In this document: piece after piece, positions 41,352 to 51,166 of the stretch | Numbering within the stretch: position 1 is the stretch's first letter | How the letters are laid out: each line of letters starts with the position of its first letter | Source: an uncultured Bacillota bacterium | GTDB taxonomy: Bacteria > Bacillota > DTU025 > MWDF01 | Assembly: GCA_963823655.1 (NCBI GenBank) | Contig: CAWGMK010000013.1 | Coordinates: forward strand, 352,001 to 416,000 | Length of the DNA: 64,000 nucleotides | Direction of reading: 5' to 3' | The notes under the pieces: generated by a model | The model's database searches: none | The model's input: the letters and a program-made list of their open reading frames with translations, nothing else | Told to the model about the DNA's origin: nothing | Position numbers and translations under genes: made by a program

Positions 41352-41792
41352 AACCCCTTCTTGTAGGCGGCATCGGCAAGGCCCTCAGCCATCTTCTCGT
41401 AAAGGGGAAGCGTCTCTTCCTCGTATTTCTCGTAAATCTCCGCGGCCCATATCTCAAAGCGGTTGTTGGCGCCCTGCGATTACGATGTCTTTTGTTATGG
41501 ATGCCGCTTCGCGCAGCCTCTGGGGCAATACGACCCTTCCTTGCTTGTCGAGCTCGCACTCCTCAGCCTTGGCCATGATCGTCCTTATGTACTGCCTTAC
41601 GTCCTTGCTTTCGATTGGCATTGAGCTTAAGCTTTCGATGTATTTCTGGAATTCCGCTGTCGGGTAGCAAGCAAGGCAGCCGTCCAGACCCCTTGTGGCC
41701 ATGAACTTGCCCTGAAGAGATGAGCGATACTTGGATGGGACGATGATTTGGTTCTTCTCGTCCAGCGAATGCCTGTATTCACCCGTGAACAT
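41348..41792 (-). CDS. mraZ: Transcriptional regulator MraZ (frameshift near 41473)
   Basis: MFTGEYRHSLDEK, TRGLDGCL, DKQGRV; corrected tail GANNRFEIWA...KKGL* overlaps the rsmH ATG. Confidence 0.93.
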
Positions 41793-41810
41793 CCTCCCAC
41801 CTCCCATGTA

Positions 41811-41836
41811 CTCCATTTTACACCACTTCACTCCAC
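41811..41836 (-). promoter_or_regulatory. MraZ-binding direct repeats
   Basis: Minus strand GTGGAG-TGAA-GTGGTG-TAAA-ATGGAG, 10-nt periodic GTGG boxes just upstream of mraZ. Confidence 0.8.
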
Positions 41837-41846
41837 TACGCCATAA

Positions 41847-41875
41847 TTTTTCGCTATCAAATGCCAGATTCCTGC
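41847..41875 (-). promoter_or_regulatory. SigH-like promoter for the dcw operon
   Basis: GCAGGAATC-N11-AGCGAAAAA (imperfect -10). Confidence 0.35.
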
Positions 41876-41941
41876 AAAAGAAAAATAAAAAAACGCCGAT
41901 TGTAAAATCGGCGCCTAAATGCCCATTATATTGGCCTTTAT

Positions 41942-42715
41942 TTAGATTACGAAGTTCACCCTGTTGATGGATCGGGCCTTCCCGGTGGAATGGTCGATGT
42001 CGATCATCACGCCGTTTATCATAGGCCGCCCTCCACCGACTTCGAATTTGGTGGGCATCCCGTTTAAAAACCTGGGAATGACCGTCTCGCTTGCCATGCC
42101 TATAACCGAGTCAAGGGGCCCGCACATGCCCGCGTCCGAGATATATGCAGTGCCGCCCGGCAGCACCCTGTCGTCGGCCGTCTGCACATGTGTGTGCGTT
42201 CCTATTACTGCGGCCACCTTCCCGTCAAGGTACATGCCAAGCGCAACTTTCTCTGAGGTGGCTTCCGCATGGAAGTCCACAAGTATGGCATCCGCATCGG
42301 AGCCTATTTGCGAGATCAGCTGATCGGCCTTCCTGAAGGGGCAATCGTTTCCTCCCATGAAGACCCTTCCCTGAAGGTTTACGACAGCGAGCCTGAAGGA
42401 GTTAGATTTGACTATGCAGTAACCTTTGCCCGGTACTCCTTCCGGGTAATTGGCAGGGCGGACTATCCGGTCCATGTCCGAAATCCTCTCTGCCATCTCC
42501 TTCTTGTTCCATACATGGTTTCCCGTAGTAATGGCATGCACGCCCAGCTCGAGAAGCTGCCTTGCCGTATCGGGGGTTATGCCGATACCGCCTGATGCGT
42601 TCTCGCCGTTTATAATGACAAAGTCGGCGCCCAGAGACCCTGCATAATCTATGCCTGCCTCAAGCGCCGCCCTGCCCGGTTTCCCTACTATATCGCCGAA
42701 GAAGGCCACCTTCAC
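41942..42715 (-). CDS. ymdB: YmdB/TIGR00282 metallophosphoesterase
   Basis: GDIVGKPGR, NGEN, TTGNH, RPANYP, DFHAEATSEK, GTHTHV. Confidence 0.94.
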   Translation of the reverse strand: MKVAFFGDIVGKPGRAALEAGIDYAGSLGADFVIINGENASGGIGITPDTARQLLELGVHAITTGNHVWNKKEMAERISDMDRIVRPANYPEGVPGKGYCIVKSNSFRLAVVNLQGRVFMGGNDCPFRKADQLISQIGSDADAILVDFHAEATSEKVALGMYLDGKVAAVIGTHTHVQTADDRVLPGGTAYISDAGMCGPLDSVIGMASETVIPRFLNGMPTKFEVGGGRPMINGVMIDIDHSTGKARSINRVNFVI

Positions 42716-43263
42716 TTGGCAGCGGCCCCCTTCCCGTTGATCAGCGGTTTGTCGAAAACGACTATCCTGCCTTCGTCCCTGTAACCTATGATATTCTTCT
42801 CCCCCGTAGACGTCTTCACGTCTATGAGCATATTGTTGATCGCATCGTCGCTCGGGAAGGCATCGTATTCGTCCTCCGGCGTGTCCTTAAGAAGGCCCGT
42901 TTCGAAGAACTCCTCCATGATGCCAACGATAAGGGCTATTTCTTCGCTGGTTACGCTCAGGATGTCCCTCATCATGGTGAGCCTCGTGTATTCCCCGAGG
43001 TCCTCCACCCTTAGTTCCACCTTGCCGCCCGTGGGCATCCTCAAGATATCCCAAATCGCTTCGATGCTGTGGCCCATCCTGCTCCTCAGGGCGTTCACCT
43101 CGTCGGAGCCCACCTTCTTGCAGACAAGAAAGGAGATGCCGAGCATGGTGTCGTCCGGAGAATAGGTCGCGGAGCAAATCTCGTTATATCTGGTTAACAG
43201 GGAGAAAAGGAGGCCAATACCGCTGTTTGCCGGCTCGTAATCCTGTTTTCCGAAGTCTCTCAT
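42712..43263 (-). CDS. Hypothetical protein between rny and ymdB
   Basis: GAGGAGGGG RBS, ATG at 43263; stop overlaps the ymdB start; acidic C-terminal half. Confidence 0.75.
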   Translation of the reverse strand: MRDFGKQDYEPANSGIGLLFSLLTRYNEICSATYSPDDTMLGISFLVCKKVGSDEVNALRSRMGHSIEAIWDILRMPTGGKVELRVEDLGEYTRLTMMRDILSVTSEEIALIVGIMEEFFETGLLKDTPEDEYDAFPSDDAINNMLIDVKTSTGEKNIIGYRDEGRIVVFDKPLINGKGAAAK

Positions 43264-43292
43264 ATTCTCCCCTCCTCTTTCACATTGCTTAA

Positions 43293-43316
43293 GGACGGGC
43301 GGCAAGCCGCCCGTCC
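43293..43316 (-). terminator. GC-rich hairpin after rny (terminator or processing site)
   Basis: ggacgggcggc-aa-gccgcccgtcc perfect inverted repeat; weak U-tail. Confidence 0.55.
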
Positions 43317-43324
43317 AGGCTATT

Positions 43325-44875
43325 TTACTTTGCGAAGTCCACAGCCCTTGTTTCCCTTATGATCGTCACTTTGATCTGTCCGGGGTACTCGAGCTCGCCT
43401 TCTATTCTCTTCACTATGTCCTTGGCCAGAGTCATGGTCGCATAATCGTCTATCTTCTCCGGCTTCACCATGATCCTGATCTCGCGCCCTGCCTGAATGG
43501 CGAAGGCACGCTCAACTCCCTCGTAGGAGTCCGCAATCTCTTCAAGCTTCTCGAGCCTCTTTATATAGGTTTCGAGAGTCTCGCGCCTGGCGCCCGGCCT
43601 TGCGGCAGAGATGGCGTCGGCCGACTGTACCAGTATCGATTCTACGCATATGGGCTCTACATCGCCGTGGTGGGATTTTATGCCGTTAATAACGAGCGCG
43701 GATTCCCTGTACTTCTTGGCGAGGTCTGCGCCGATGGTGACATGAGGTCCTTCGACTTCATGGTCGATCGCCTTGCCTATGTCGTGAAGCAGCCCTGCCC
43801 TCTTGGCCAGGGCGACGTCGGCACCGAGCTCCGATGCCATGGTCCCGGCAAGCCTTGCGACTTCTATTGAATGATTGAGGACGTTCTGGCCGTAGCTTGT
43901 CCTGAAACGGAGCCTTCCGAGCAGCTTCTGCAGCTCGGGATGCAGGCCGATGACGCCGGTTTCGAGTATGGCCCTCTCGCCTTCGTCGCGGATGACCATC
44001 TCTACTTCTTTCTGCGCCCTCTCAACCATCTCTTCTATCCTTGCGGGCTGTATGCGGCCGTCCTGGATGAGCCTTTCAAGGGCAATCCTGGCCACTTCGC
44101 GCCTTACGGGATCGAAACTGGACAATATAACAGCCTCTGGCGTATCGTCGATTATCAGGTCTACGCCGGTGAGGGTTTCAAGCGCCCTTATGTTCCTGCC
44201 TTCCCTGCCGATTATCCTGCCCTTCATCTCGTCGCTGGGAAGCGGCACCACCGATACGGTAGTTTCAGTCACATGCTCTGCAGCGCAGCGCTGGATCGCC
44301 TGGGTGATGATGTCCCTTGCCTTTTTGTCGGCTTCCTCTTTGGTCTGGGCTTCTATGTCCTTGATCATGATCGCCGCATCATGCCTGATTTCAGTCTCAA
44401 TTTCCCTGAGAAGTTCCTGCTTCGCCTGATCGCTCGTCAGGCCGCTGATCCTTTCGAGCTCAAGTCTGTGTTTGGCGTATACTTCGGTTATGTCCTGTTC
44501 CAGCTTCTTTACGTCTTTTTCCCTTTTATCGAGGTCGTTTTCCTTCTTCTCTATGCTTTCGGTCTTCCGGTCGATCGCCTCTTCCCTCTGTATGAGGCGT
44601 CTTTCGACTCTTTGCATCTCAAGGCGTCTTTCCTTGTTCTCCCTATCGGCTTCGGCCCTCATCTTGTGGGCTTCTTCTTTAGCATTGATAAGAAGCTCGC
44701 GCCTTTCGGCTTCTCCCGCCCGCTGGGCTTCTGCGACTATTTCCTTCGCGCGTTCTTCCGCGCTGCCCATTTTGGCCTCCGCGAATTGCCGCCTCAGGAA
44801 ATATCCAGCCGCAAAGCTTAAAACGCCGGCGATTGCTGCTATGCCGATGACAATCAATGTATCCAGCAAATTCAC
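43325..44875 (-). CDS. rny: Ribonuclease Y
   Basis: TM anchor, coiled coil, KH domain ([14 protein letters not shown]), HD domain (LLHDIGK). Confidence 0.97.
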   Translation of the reverse strand: MNLLDTLIVIGIAAIAGVLSFAAGYFLRRQFAEAKMGSAEERAKEIVAEAQRAGEAERRELLINAKEEAHKMRAEADRENKERRLEMQRVERRLIQREEAIDRKTESIEKKENDLDKREKDVKKLEQDITEVYAKHRLELERISGLTSDQAKQELLREIETEIRHDAAIMIKDIEAQTKEEADKKARDIITQAIQRCAAEHVTETTVSVVPLPSDEMKGRIIGREGRNIRALETLTGVDLIIDDTPEAVILSSFDPVRREVARIALERLIQDGRIQPARIEEMVERAQKEVEMVIRDEGERAILETGVIGLHPELQKLLGRLRFRTSYGQNVLNHSIEVARLAGTMASELGADVALAKRAGLLHDIGKAIDHEVEGPHVTIGADLAKKYRESALVINGIKSHHGDVEPICVESILVQSADAISAARPGARRETLETYIKRLEKLEEIADSYEGVERAFAIQAGREIRIMVKPEKIDDYATMTLAKDIVKRIEGELEYPGQIKVTIIRETRAVDFAK

Positions 44876-44981
44876 CTCCAGTTTTCAAAGATCTCCAAAG
44901 GCCGGCAAGACACAACTTGCCCGACCTTAGTCTCTATCGTTGCCGCCTTTAGGGCGGAATACTACAAACTTAACAATACAA

Positions 44982-45018
44982 CGGCCGGGGCTCCTAGTCA
45001 AATAGGATACCTCGGCCG
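44982..45018 (-). terminator. Hairpin after recX
   Basis: Minus strand cggccgagg...tcctatttgactagga...ccccggccg, followed by a T-rich tract. Confidence 0.5.
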
Positions 45019-45026
45019 CATAAGCC

Positions 45027-45497
45027 TCATTCGATGTGATCGGGCAGCTTTCGAAGCGCCTTCGAAATGGCGTCGGAGCTGAAACCTTTGGCTTTGAGGT
45101 GTCTTGCCTGCTTTGCCAGCAGTTTCTCGTCCTGTTCCTTGTCTCCTGTAAACGAAGCTGATTTCGAGATAATTTCGAAAGCGGCCCCGGCTTCATCCGT
45201 GCCCTCCCAGGCGATGTCGACTGCAGCATGGGCCGACTCCTTGGGAATTCCCCTCTGCATGAGCTTGTAGACCGCCATTGCTCTGCCGATCCTGCCGCTT
45301 TCAGCAAGCTGCGCGGCCCATCTGCCGGCAAGGGCGTCATCGTCGATTAGCCTCTCGGCCCTTAGTTGGCCCAGCACCTCCGCCACTTCCTCGGGCTCAT
45401 GCCCTTTGCGGGCCAGGTATGAGGCGATTTCGGACTCCGACCTGGATCTCATCGAAAGGTACTTTATTGCGTCTTTCAGGCAATTTTTGCCCTTCAT
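45027..45497 (-). CDS. recX: Regulatory protein RecX
   Basis: YLSMRSRSESEI, LIDD, KLMQRGI, L.AKGFS; directly after recA. Confidence 0.88.
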   Translation of the reverse strand: MKGKNCLKDAIKYLSMRSRSESEIASYLARKGHEPEEVAEVLGQLRAERLIDDDALAGRWAAQLAESGRIGRAMAVYKLMQRGIPKESAHAAVDIAWEGTDEAGAAFEIISKSASFTGDKEQDEKLLAKQARHLKAKGFSSDAISKALRKLPDHIE

Positions 45498-46562
45498 GCC
45501 TGTTGCTTCTTGACCTCGCTTGACTCCGGCTTGGCCTCCGGATCGGCAGCTTCCCTGGTGATGCCGGTGCCGCCCCAGATTATTCCGAGCTTCTCCTTGA
45601 TCTTGAGCTCGATTTCATCGGACATCGGTTTGTTCGCCTTAAGAAGCTGCCTTGTGTTCTCCCTGCCCTGGGCGAGCCTCGTTTCGCCGTAGGAGAACCA
45701 TGTCCCGCTCTTTGACTAGGATCCCGTTGGCCTCGCCTATATCGATGAGCGAGCCCTCCCTGGAAATCCCGTCGCCGTATATGATATCGAACTCCGCCTC
45801 CCTGAAAGGAGGGGCCACCTTGTTCTTCACGATCTTGGCCTTGGTCCTGTTGCCGACTATTTCTGTCCCCTGTTTCAAGGACTCAATCCTTCTGACTTCC
45901 ACCCTCACGGAGGAATAGAACTTAAGGGCCCTGCCGCCGGGGGTAGTTTCGGGGTTGCCGAACATCACGCCGACTTTCTCCCTTATCTGGTTTATGAAGA
46001 TGACGCAGGAATTGGACTTGGAGATGGCGCCGGTCAGCTTCCTTAGGGCTTGAGACATAAGCCTTGCCTGCAGGCCCATAAAGGAATCTCCCATTTCGCC
46101 CTCGATTTCGGATCTGGGCACAAGGGCTGCCACCGAGTCGATGACAACGATATCTACCGCGCCGCTTCTTACAAGCGCTTCAGTAATCTCCAATGCCTGC
46201 TCTCCGGTGTCGGGCTGCGACACAAGGAGGTTGTCGATATCCACGCCCAGCCTCTTCGCGTACTTCGCGTCCAGGGCATGCTCGGCATCTATGAACGCCG
46301 CAATCCCGCCCGCTGCCTGAGCCTGTGCTATCGCATGAAGGGCTACTGTCGTCTTGCCCGAAGATTTGGGGCCGAAAACCTCAATGACCCTGCCTCTTGG
46401 AAAACCGCCCACTCCCAGGGCTATGTCTATTGCTATCGAACCGCTCGGGATCACTTCAACGGCCTTTATACCGGCCTCACCCATCCTCATGACCGTACCT
46501 TTGCCGTATTCCTTCTCTAACTGGGCAAGGGCTGCATTGAGGGCTTTTTGCCTATCGGACAA
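45494..46562 (-). CDS. recA: Recombinase RecA (frameshift near 45710)
   Basis: [49 protein letters not shown]; corrected tail [18 protein letters not shown] ends in a TGA overlapping the recX ATG. Confidence 0.97.
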
Positions 46563-46599
46563 TTCAAACTCCCCTTTCATGGAGGAAATTTACGATTTG

Positions 46600-46618
46600 A
46601 TTATAGCACATATGTTCG
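46600..46618 (-). promoter_or_regulatory. LexA (Cheo) box abutting the extended -10 of recA
   Basis: Minus strand CGAACATATGTGCT (GAAC-N4-GTTC, one mismatch) running into TG-N-TATAAT. Confidence 0.75.
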
Positions 46619-46627
46619 GTCCCCTAC

Positions 46628-47215
46628 CTAGAGGTTTTTTAGCTCGAATCTCTCCTGCATCTCATATATCGGACCCGAGGGCGTCAAAGTGCTTCTGTAC
46701 AGCGAAAACCAGGAGTGGACAACCTTGTCCTCCCACGGTGCGAAGCTGCCCTTTAACACATCCCAGCCCGGAAGCAGCGCCGGTTCTTTTACCCTTCCAA
46801 GCGTAATGTGGGGCGAGAATGGCTTGCCTTCCGGCGCAAATCCTACCTCCGCCGCCTCGGCCTCGATATCCCTCGCAAGCCTTGCCAAAGCGCCTGTTTT
46901 CTCGTTTATGCCGATCCATATAGCGCTTATGTCTTTCGCCCTTCCGAAATGTCCAATTCCGCCGTATGCGACTTCGATAGGCGAATGCCGCGGCGCTAGA
47001 GCCCGAAACCTCTCGACAAGCTGCTTTTCCCGCAATTCGTCCACATCGCCCAAAAACTTCAGCGTAAGGTGGATATTCTCGGGCTTCACCCAGGAAATGC
47101 CCCTGAAAAGGGAGCGCGCTTTCAAAGAAGAGCCCGCTAACTCCTCTCTGCACTCCAAAGGCAGGTCAAGGGCCACGAACATCCTTTTCAAAACGCACCT
47201 CACACATATTATCAA
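46628..47215 (-). CDS. thpR: RNA 2',3'-cyclic phosphodiesterase
   Basis: RMFVAL, HLTLKFLG and PHITLGR (two HxT motifs). Confidence 0.92.
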   Translation of the reverse strand: MIICVRCVLKRMFVALDLPLECREELAGSSLKARSLFRGISWVKPENIHLTLKFLGDVDELREKQLVERFRALAPRHSPIEVAYGGIGHFGRAKDISAIWIGINEKTGALARLARDIEAEAAEVGFAPEGKPFSPHITLGRVKEPALLPGWDVLKGSFAPWEDKVVHSWFSLYRSTLTPSGPIYEMQERFELKNL

Positions 47216-47280
47216 TAATGTTTGATAATATAACTATAATTCATTTATACTAGGCCTGCCATAATGCAAACGGAGGTATC

Positions 47281-48513
47281 ATGAAACGATTAATCGGAGC
47301 CATTATAGCAGCGCTGGCAAGAGTACTGCTTCCAGTATATTTCGCGCTGTTCAAGAAGACCAGAAGAGGTAAGATCGACTTGGCCGGGGTTAAGCCCCCG
47401 TTCCTGCTAATATCGAACCATCAGGCCACCATGGACCCTTTCTACCTTGGCGTGCGCCTTCCGGGCGTAACTAGTTATGTGGCAACGGATATGCTCTTCA
47501 GGCTGCCCCTTATGAATTACCTTATGTCAGCCATCGGCTCCATACCCAAAAGCAAGTTCGTAAGCGACGCCGCCTCTGTTAGGCTGATGCTGCAGAAGGT
47601 TAGGCACGGGCAATCCGTCGGCATCTTCCCGGAGGGCCAGCGTTGCGTCGCCGGATTCACTGACAGGATCATCCCCGGTATAGGGAAACTTGCTAAGATG
47701 CTGGACATACCGGTCGTTGCGGGAAAACTTGAAGGCGGCTTCCTGGCGGATCCCAGATGGGCTATCAAGAAGCGCAAGGGCGGTTCAACTGTGAGCCTAA
47801 GGTTGCTGTTAACAAAAGAGCAGCTTAAGTCCATGGACCCCGAAAAGATCGAGGAGGTCATCAAGGCCAGCTTACAGCATAGCGACTACGAGTGGATCAA
47901 GGAGCATCCTGAGTTCAAATACCCCGGAAAGAACAGGGCGCTGGGGCTTCACAATGTCATGTTCATCTGCCCGGAGTGCGGCGCCTGGGACAGCTTCGAT
48001 ACCGAAGGGGACCTTGCGAGCTGCCGCAAATGCGGATATTGCGTAAGCTGGGGCGACAGGGGTGAATTCATACTTGTAAAAGGCACCAAGCTGCATCATG
48101 AGAACTTGCAGCAGCAGGAGCTCTGGCAGAGGGCGAGGATGGATTCGGTACTAAAAGGGCATCTCGATACAAAACAAAAAGGAAGCCCGATTTACGGGCC
48201 GCAGGATATTACCATAAGAAGAAGCCACAAATCGAAGCCCCTTCTGGTGATTGGTCAGGGGAAATTGACCCTTTGCGACGACAGGTTAGTCTTGGAGACA
48301 GGCGCTGACTGTCCGTCCGAGTTCCTTCTTACGGATATCGAGGGCTTCACGGTTTCGGCCATAAAAGGCAAGCACCACAGGATAGTTGAGTTCATGTACA
48401 AGAAGAAGGCACTTTACAACTTCGTTTTCCACGACCCATTCGAAAGCACATACAAATGGAACCTGATGGTAGACAGGTTCAAGGCGGTCCTGGATAGCCA
48501 GGCAAACCTTTAA
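47281..48513 (+). CDS. PlsC-like acyltransferase with C-terminal Zn-ribbon extension
   Basis: NHQATMD (HxxxxD), GIFPEG, then CPEC...CRKC. Confidence 0.85.
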   Translation: MKRLIGAIIAALARVLLPVYFALFKKTRRGKIDLAGVKPPFLLISNHQATMDPFYLGVRLPGVTSYVATDMLFRLPLMNYLMSAIGSIPKSKFVSDAASVRLMLQKVRHGQSVGIFPEGQRCVAGFTDRIIPGIGKLAKMLDIPVVAGKLEGGFLADPRWAIKKRKGGSTVSLRLLLTKEQLKSMDPEKIEEVIKASLQHSDYEWIKEHPEFKYPGKNRALGLHNVMFICPECGAWDSFDTEGDLASCRKCGYCVSWGDRGEFILVKGTKLHHENLQQQELWQRARMDSVLKGHLDTKQKGSPIYGPQDITIRRSHKSKPLLVIGQGKLTLCDDRLVLETGADCPSEFLLTDIEGFTVSAIKGKHHRIVEFMYKKKALYNFVFHDPFESTYKWNLMVDRFKAVLDSQANL

Positions 48514-49634
48514 TGCAGGGATTTAAGCCCCGCCCCGCACATCGGCACAACAACGCTGCCGTCGAAGCCTGTGGCCTTCATCCATGATTTCACTCCCGCA
48601 AGCGTTGCGGCGCTAGTCGGCTCGACGAAAATTCCGGAGTAAGCGAGCCCCCTGCCTGTTGGGTTGATTTCATATTCCTGCGCCTGGACCATGACCCCGC
48701 CAAGCTCTCTTAATGCTGAAATTATCTGGCCGCCTCTCATCGGGGCGGCTATTGCTATTCCTTCTGCCACGGTGCCCTCGTTTTTTACCTGCGCAACTAC
48801 ATCCAAGCCGGCTTTGAAGGCTCGGAATATCGGGGCGCACTTCGCCGCCTGAACTGCCACAACCATGGGATACTTGTCGATTGCCCCTCCTGCCATGAGC
48901 GACTTCAGGCCGTAATATACGCCAAGTAGCAAAGTGCCGTTGCCGACAGGGACTGCCAGCACGTCGGGCAACTTGCCTTTCATCTGCTCCCATATCTCGT
49001 ACACATAGGTCTTTGTCCCCTGGTAGAAGAGCGGATTATACACGTGGCTGGCATAGAACCTGCCCTCGCGCGCCGCTTTTAGGGCGGCGGCCGCCGTATC
49101 CTCCCGGCTTCCGGGAATCAGGCTCACCTTCGCACCATAGGCTTTAATCTGGGAAACCTTATTGGGGGAGGTGGACTGAGGGACCATTATCTCGCATGAA
49201 ATACCGAGCCTTGCAGCATACGCCGCAACGGAATTGCCTGCGTTGCCGCTTGAATCCTGCACAGCCTCCTTAATGCCTATTGCTTTCGCGGCCGCCATCA
49301 TCACTGCAGCCCCCCTGTCCTTGAAGGACAGAGTCGGCATCGCGAAATCCATCTTGCCGAGTATCTGAGCCCTGTCGGAGATGCTGACAAGCGCAGTCTG
49401 CCCCTCGCCCATGCTCGCCGCTTCCCAAAAGGCGTCCACTAAGGAGGGCATCATCATCCTGTAGCGGAAGATCCCCTTCACATCGTGATCGATAAGCCCT
49501 GCTGAGAATCCATCTTCAAGGCCTGATAGGTCCAGAAGGCCGCCGCAGTCGCATTCAAATCTCGCCTCTTCCATGCCATAGCTTTTACTGCAGCTGCGGC
49601 AGGTCAGGAACGCGTCCCTTTTTGGAGCTCCCAT
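48510..49634 (-). CDS. Threonine synthase-like PLP (fold type II) enzyme
   Basis: N-terminal CRSC...CDCG, PTLSFKDRG, SSGNAG, PVGNGT, VEPTSA. Confidence 0.85.
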   Translation of the reverse strand: MGAPKRDAFLTCRSCSKSYGMEEARFECDCGGLLDLSGLEDGFSAGLIDHDVKGIFRYRMMMPSLVDAFWEAASMGEGQTALVSISDRAQILGKMDFAMPTLSFKDRGAAVMMAAAKAIGIKEAVQDSSGNAGNSVAAYAARLGISCEIMVPQSTSPNKVSQIKAYGAKVSLIPGSREDTAAAALKAAREGRFYASHVYNPLFYQGTKTYVYEIWEQMKGKLPDVLAVPVGNGTLLLGVYYGLKSLMAGGAIDKYPMVVAVQAAKCAPIFRAFKAGLDVVAQVKNEGTVAEGIAIAAPMRGGQIISALRELGGVMVQAQEYEINPTGRGLAYSGIFVEPTSAATLAGVKSWMKATGFDGSVVVPMCGAGLKSLH

Positions 49635-49637
49635 GGA

Positions 49638-50021
49638 CTATTTCCTCCGTTCGGCTACGAAATCCATCTCAACGTCCAGCCCGTGGTGGAGCTTGCCTCC
49701 CAGGGGCAGCACCGTCCTTGCAGGTTTATGCCCGCCGAAATAGGCGCTGTAAGCCGAGTTGAACGAATCCCAGAGCGATATGCTCGAAATATAGGCATTA
49801 GTCCTGACAACATCAGTTTTGTCGCACCCCGCCGACTCAAGAAGGGACGTGACGTTGCCGAAAAGCACATTGAGCTGCTCTTCAAAGCTGGAGTCCACGG
49901 CTTTGCCGCTTACGGGGTCTAACGGCAGTATGCCGGATGCGAATATCAGCCCGCCTGCTTCCATAGCGGGAGTGTAGTGTCCTTTCGGTTCGGGCCTACC
50001 TGCTATTGTGATCCTCTTCAT
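49638..50021 (-). CDS. RidA/YjgF/UK114 family protein
   Basis: P.GHYTPA, FASGILP, FN..Y..YF..HKPART, VEMD. Confidence 0.9.
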   Translation of the reverse strand: MKRITIAGRPEPKGHYTPAMEAGGLIFASGILPLDPVSGKAVDSSFEEQLNVLFGNVTSLLESAGCDKTDVVRTNAYISSISLWDSFNSAYSAYFGGHKPARTVLPLGGKLHHGLDVEMDFVAERRK

Positions 50022-50506
50022 AAGGATTTCGCCCCCCTCAGCCTTTCAATGGCCAGATCTATTGCCAGCTGCACGGCTGCTTCTCGGATCGCACCGCGCC
50101 CGCCTGGCAGCCTGTATTCCTTAACAACCGTTTCCAGCCCGGTCATGGCGCAGGCTATGAAAACCAAGCCCTCAGGGTTTCCACAAGGATCCGGGCCAGG
50201 CCCCGCAACTCCCGTAATCGAGCAGGAGATATCAGCGCAAGAAAGGTCTCTTGTGCCTTCTGCCATCAGGATTGCCACATGGGCGCTGACCGCCCCCCAC
50301 TTCTCAAGTATGTGTTCGGGTATTCCAAGCATATCGTGCTTCGCTTTATTGGAATATGTGACATACGACCTGTCAAAACACAAAGACGATCCGGGCACAT
50401 CGGTTATTGCCGCTGACAGCATGCCGCCCGTACACGATTCCGCCGCGGCAAGCTTCAACCCTGCGGCAGTCAGCTCGTGCACAAGTGATTTTGCGGAGTT
50501 CAACAT
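50018..50506 (-). CDS. CinA C-terminal / PncC NMN deamidase
   Basis: AESCTGG, PGSS, TYSN, GAVS, SITGVAGP. Confidence 0.9.
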   Translation of the reverse strand: MLNSAKSLVHELTAAGLKLAAAESCTGGMLSAAITDVPGSSLCFDRSYVTYSNKAKHDMLGIPEHILEKWGAVSAHVAILMAEGTRDLSCADISCSITGVAGPGPDPCGNPEGLVFIACAMTGLETVVKEYRLPGGRGAIREAAVQLAIDLAIERLRGAKSL

Positions 50507-50510
50507 GCAT

Positions 50511-51146
50511 CTACCCTCTCAAAGACCTGATTGCCTCTTCCGGATCAACAGCCGAGAATATGTACGTCCCGGCGACAAGCACCCGGGCGCCGGCGCGTCT
50601 AGCCTTCGCCCCGGTCTGAGCGTTGATGCCTCCGTCCACCTGCACATCAATGGGCCTTCCGGAGGAGGCAGCCAATTCGCTCGCCTCAGCTATCTTCGCA
50701 AGCTGCCCCTCTATGAACGCCTGCCCGCCATAACCCGGGTTTACCGTCATGACCAGCACCTGGTCGACAATATCCAGGACATTTTCTATAAGGCATACGG
50801 GGTCTGCAGGGTTCAGTGCGACTCCAGCCTTCGCGCCCAGCTGCTTGATCAGCATGAGCTGCCTGTGAAGGTGTTTTGTCGAGTCGGGGTGGATCGTGAC
50901 TATCGACGATCCGGCGCTGATGAATTCTTCTATGTGCAGCTCCGGGTTCATGATCATAAGATGAACGTCCAGAGGTTTGTCCGTAAGTTGCGACAGCTTC
51001 CTAACCATGTCCTGGCCGAATGTAATGTTGGGCACATAATTGCCATCCATCACATCGACGTGTATGTAGTCCGCCGAAGGGATACGATTTATCTCGGCGG
51101 CCAGATTCGCGATATCCGCTGCAAGTATGGATGGCGCTATCTTCAT
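50511..51146 (-). CDS. rpe: Ribulose-phosphate 3-epimerase
   Basis: IAPSIL, HVDVMDG, DVHLM, MTVNPGYGGQ, VDGGI. Confidence 0.96.
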   Translation of the reverse strand: MKIAPSILAADIANLAAEINRIPSADYIHVDVMDGNYVPNITFGQDMVRKLSQLTDKPLDVHLMIMNPELHIEEFISAGSSIVTIHPDSTKHLHRQLMLIKQLGAKAGVALNPADPVCLIENVLDIVDQVLVMTVNPGYGGQAFIEGQLAKIAEASELAASSGRPIDVQVDGGINAQTGAKARRAGARVLVAGTYIFSAVDPEEAIRSLRG

Positions 51147-51166
51147 CCTGCCCACACCCCCGTCGG

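Noticed and set aside
46365-46367. RecA Walker A reads GPKSSGKT instead of GPESSGKT
   Set aside because: Single G/A difference in an error-prone assembly; cannot be distinguished from a miscall
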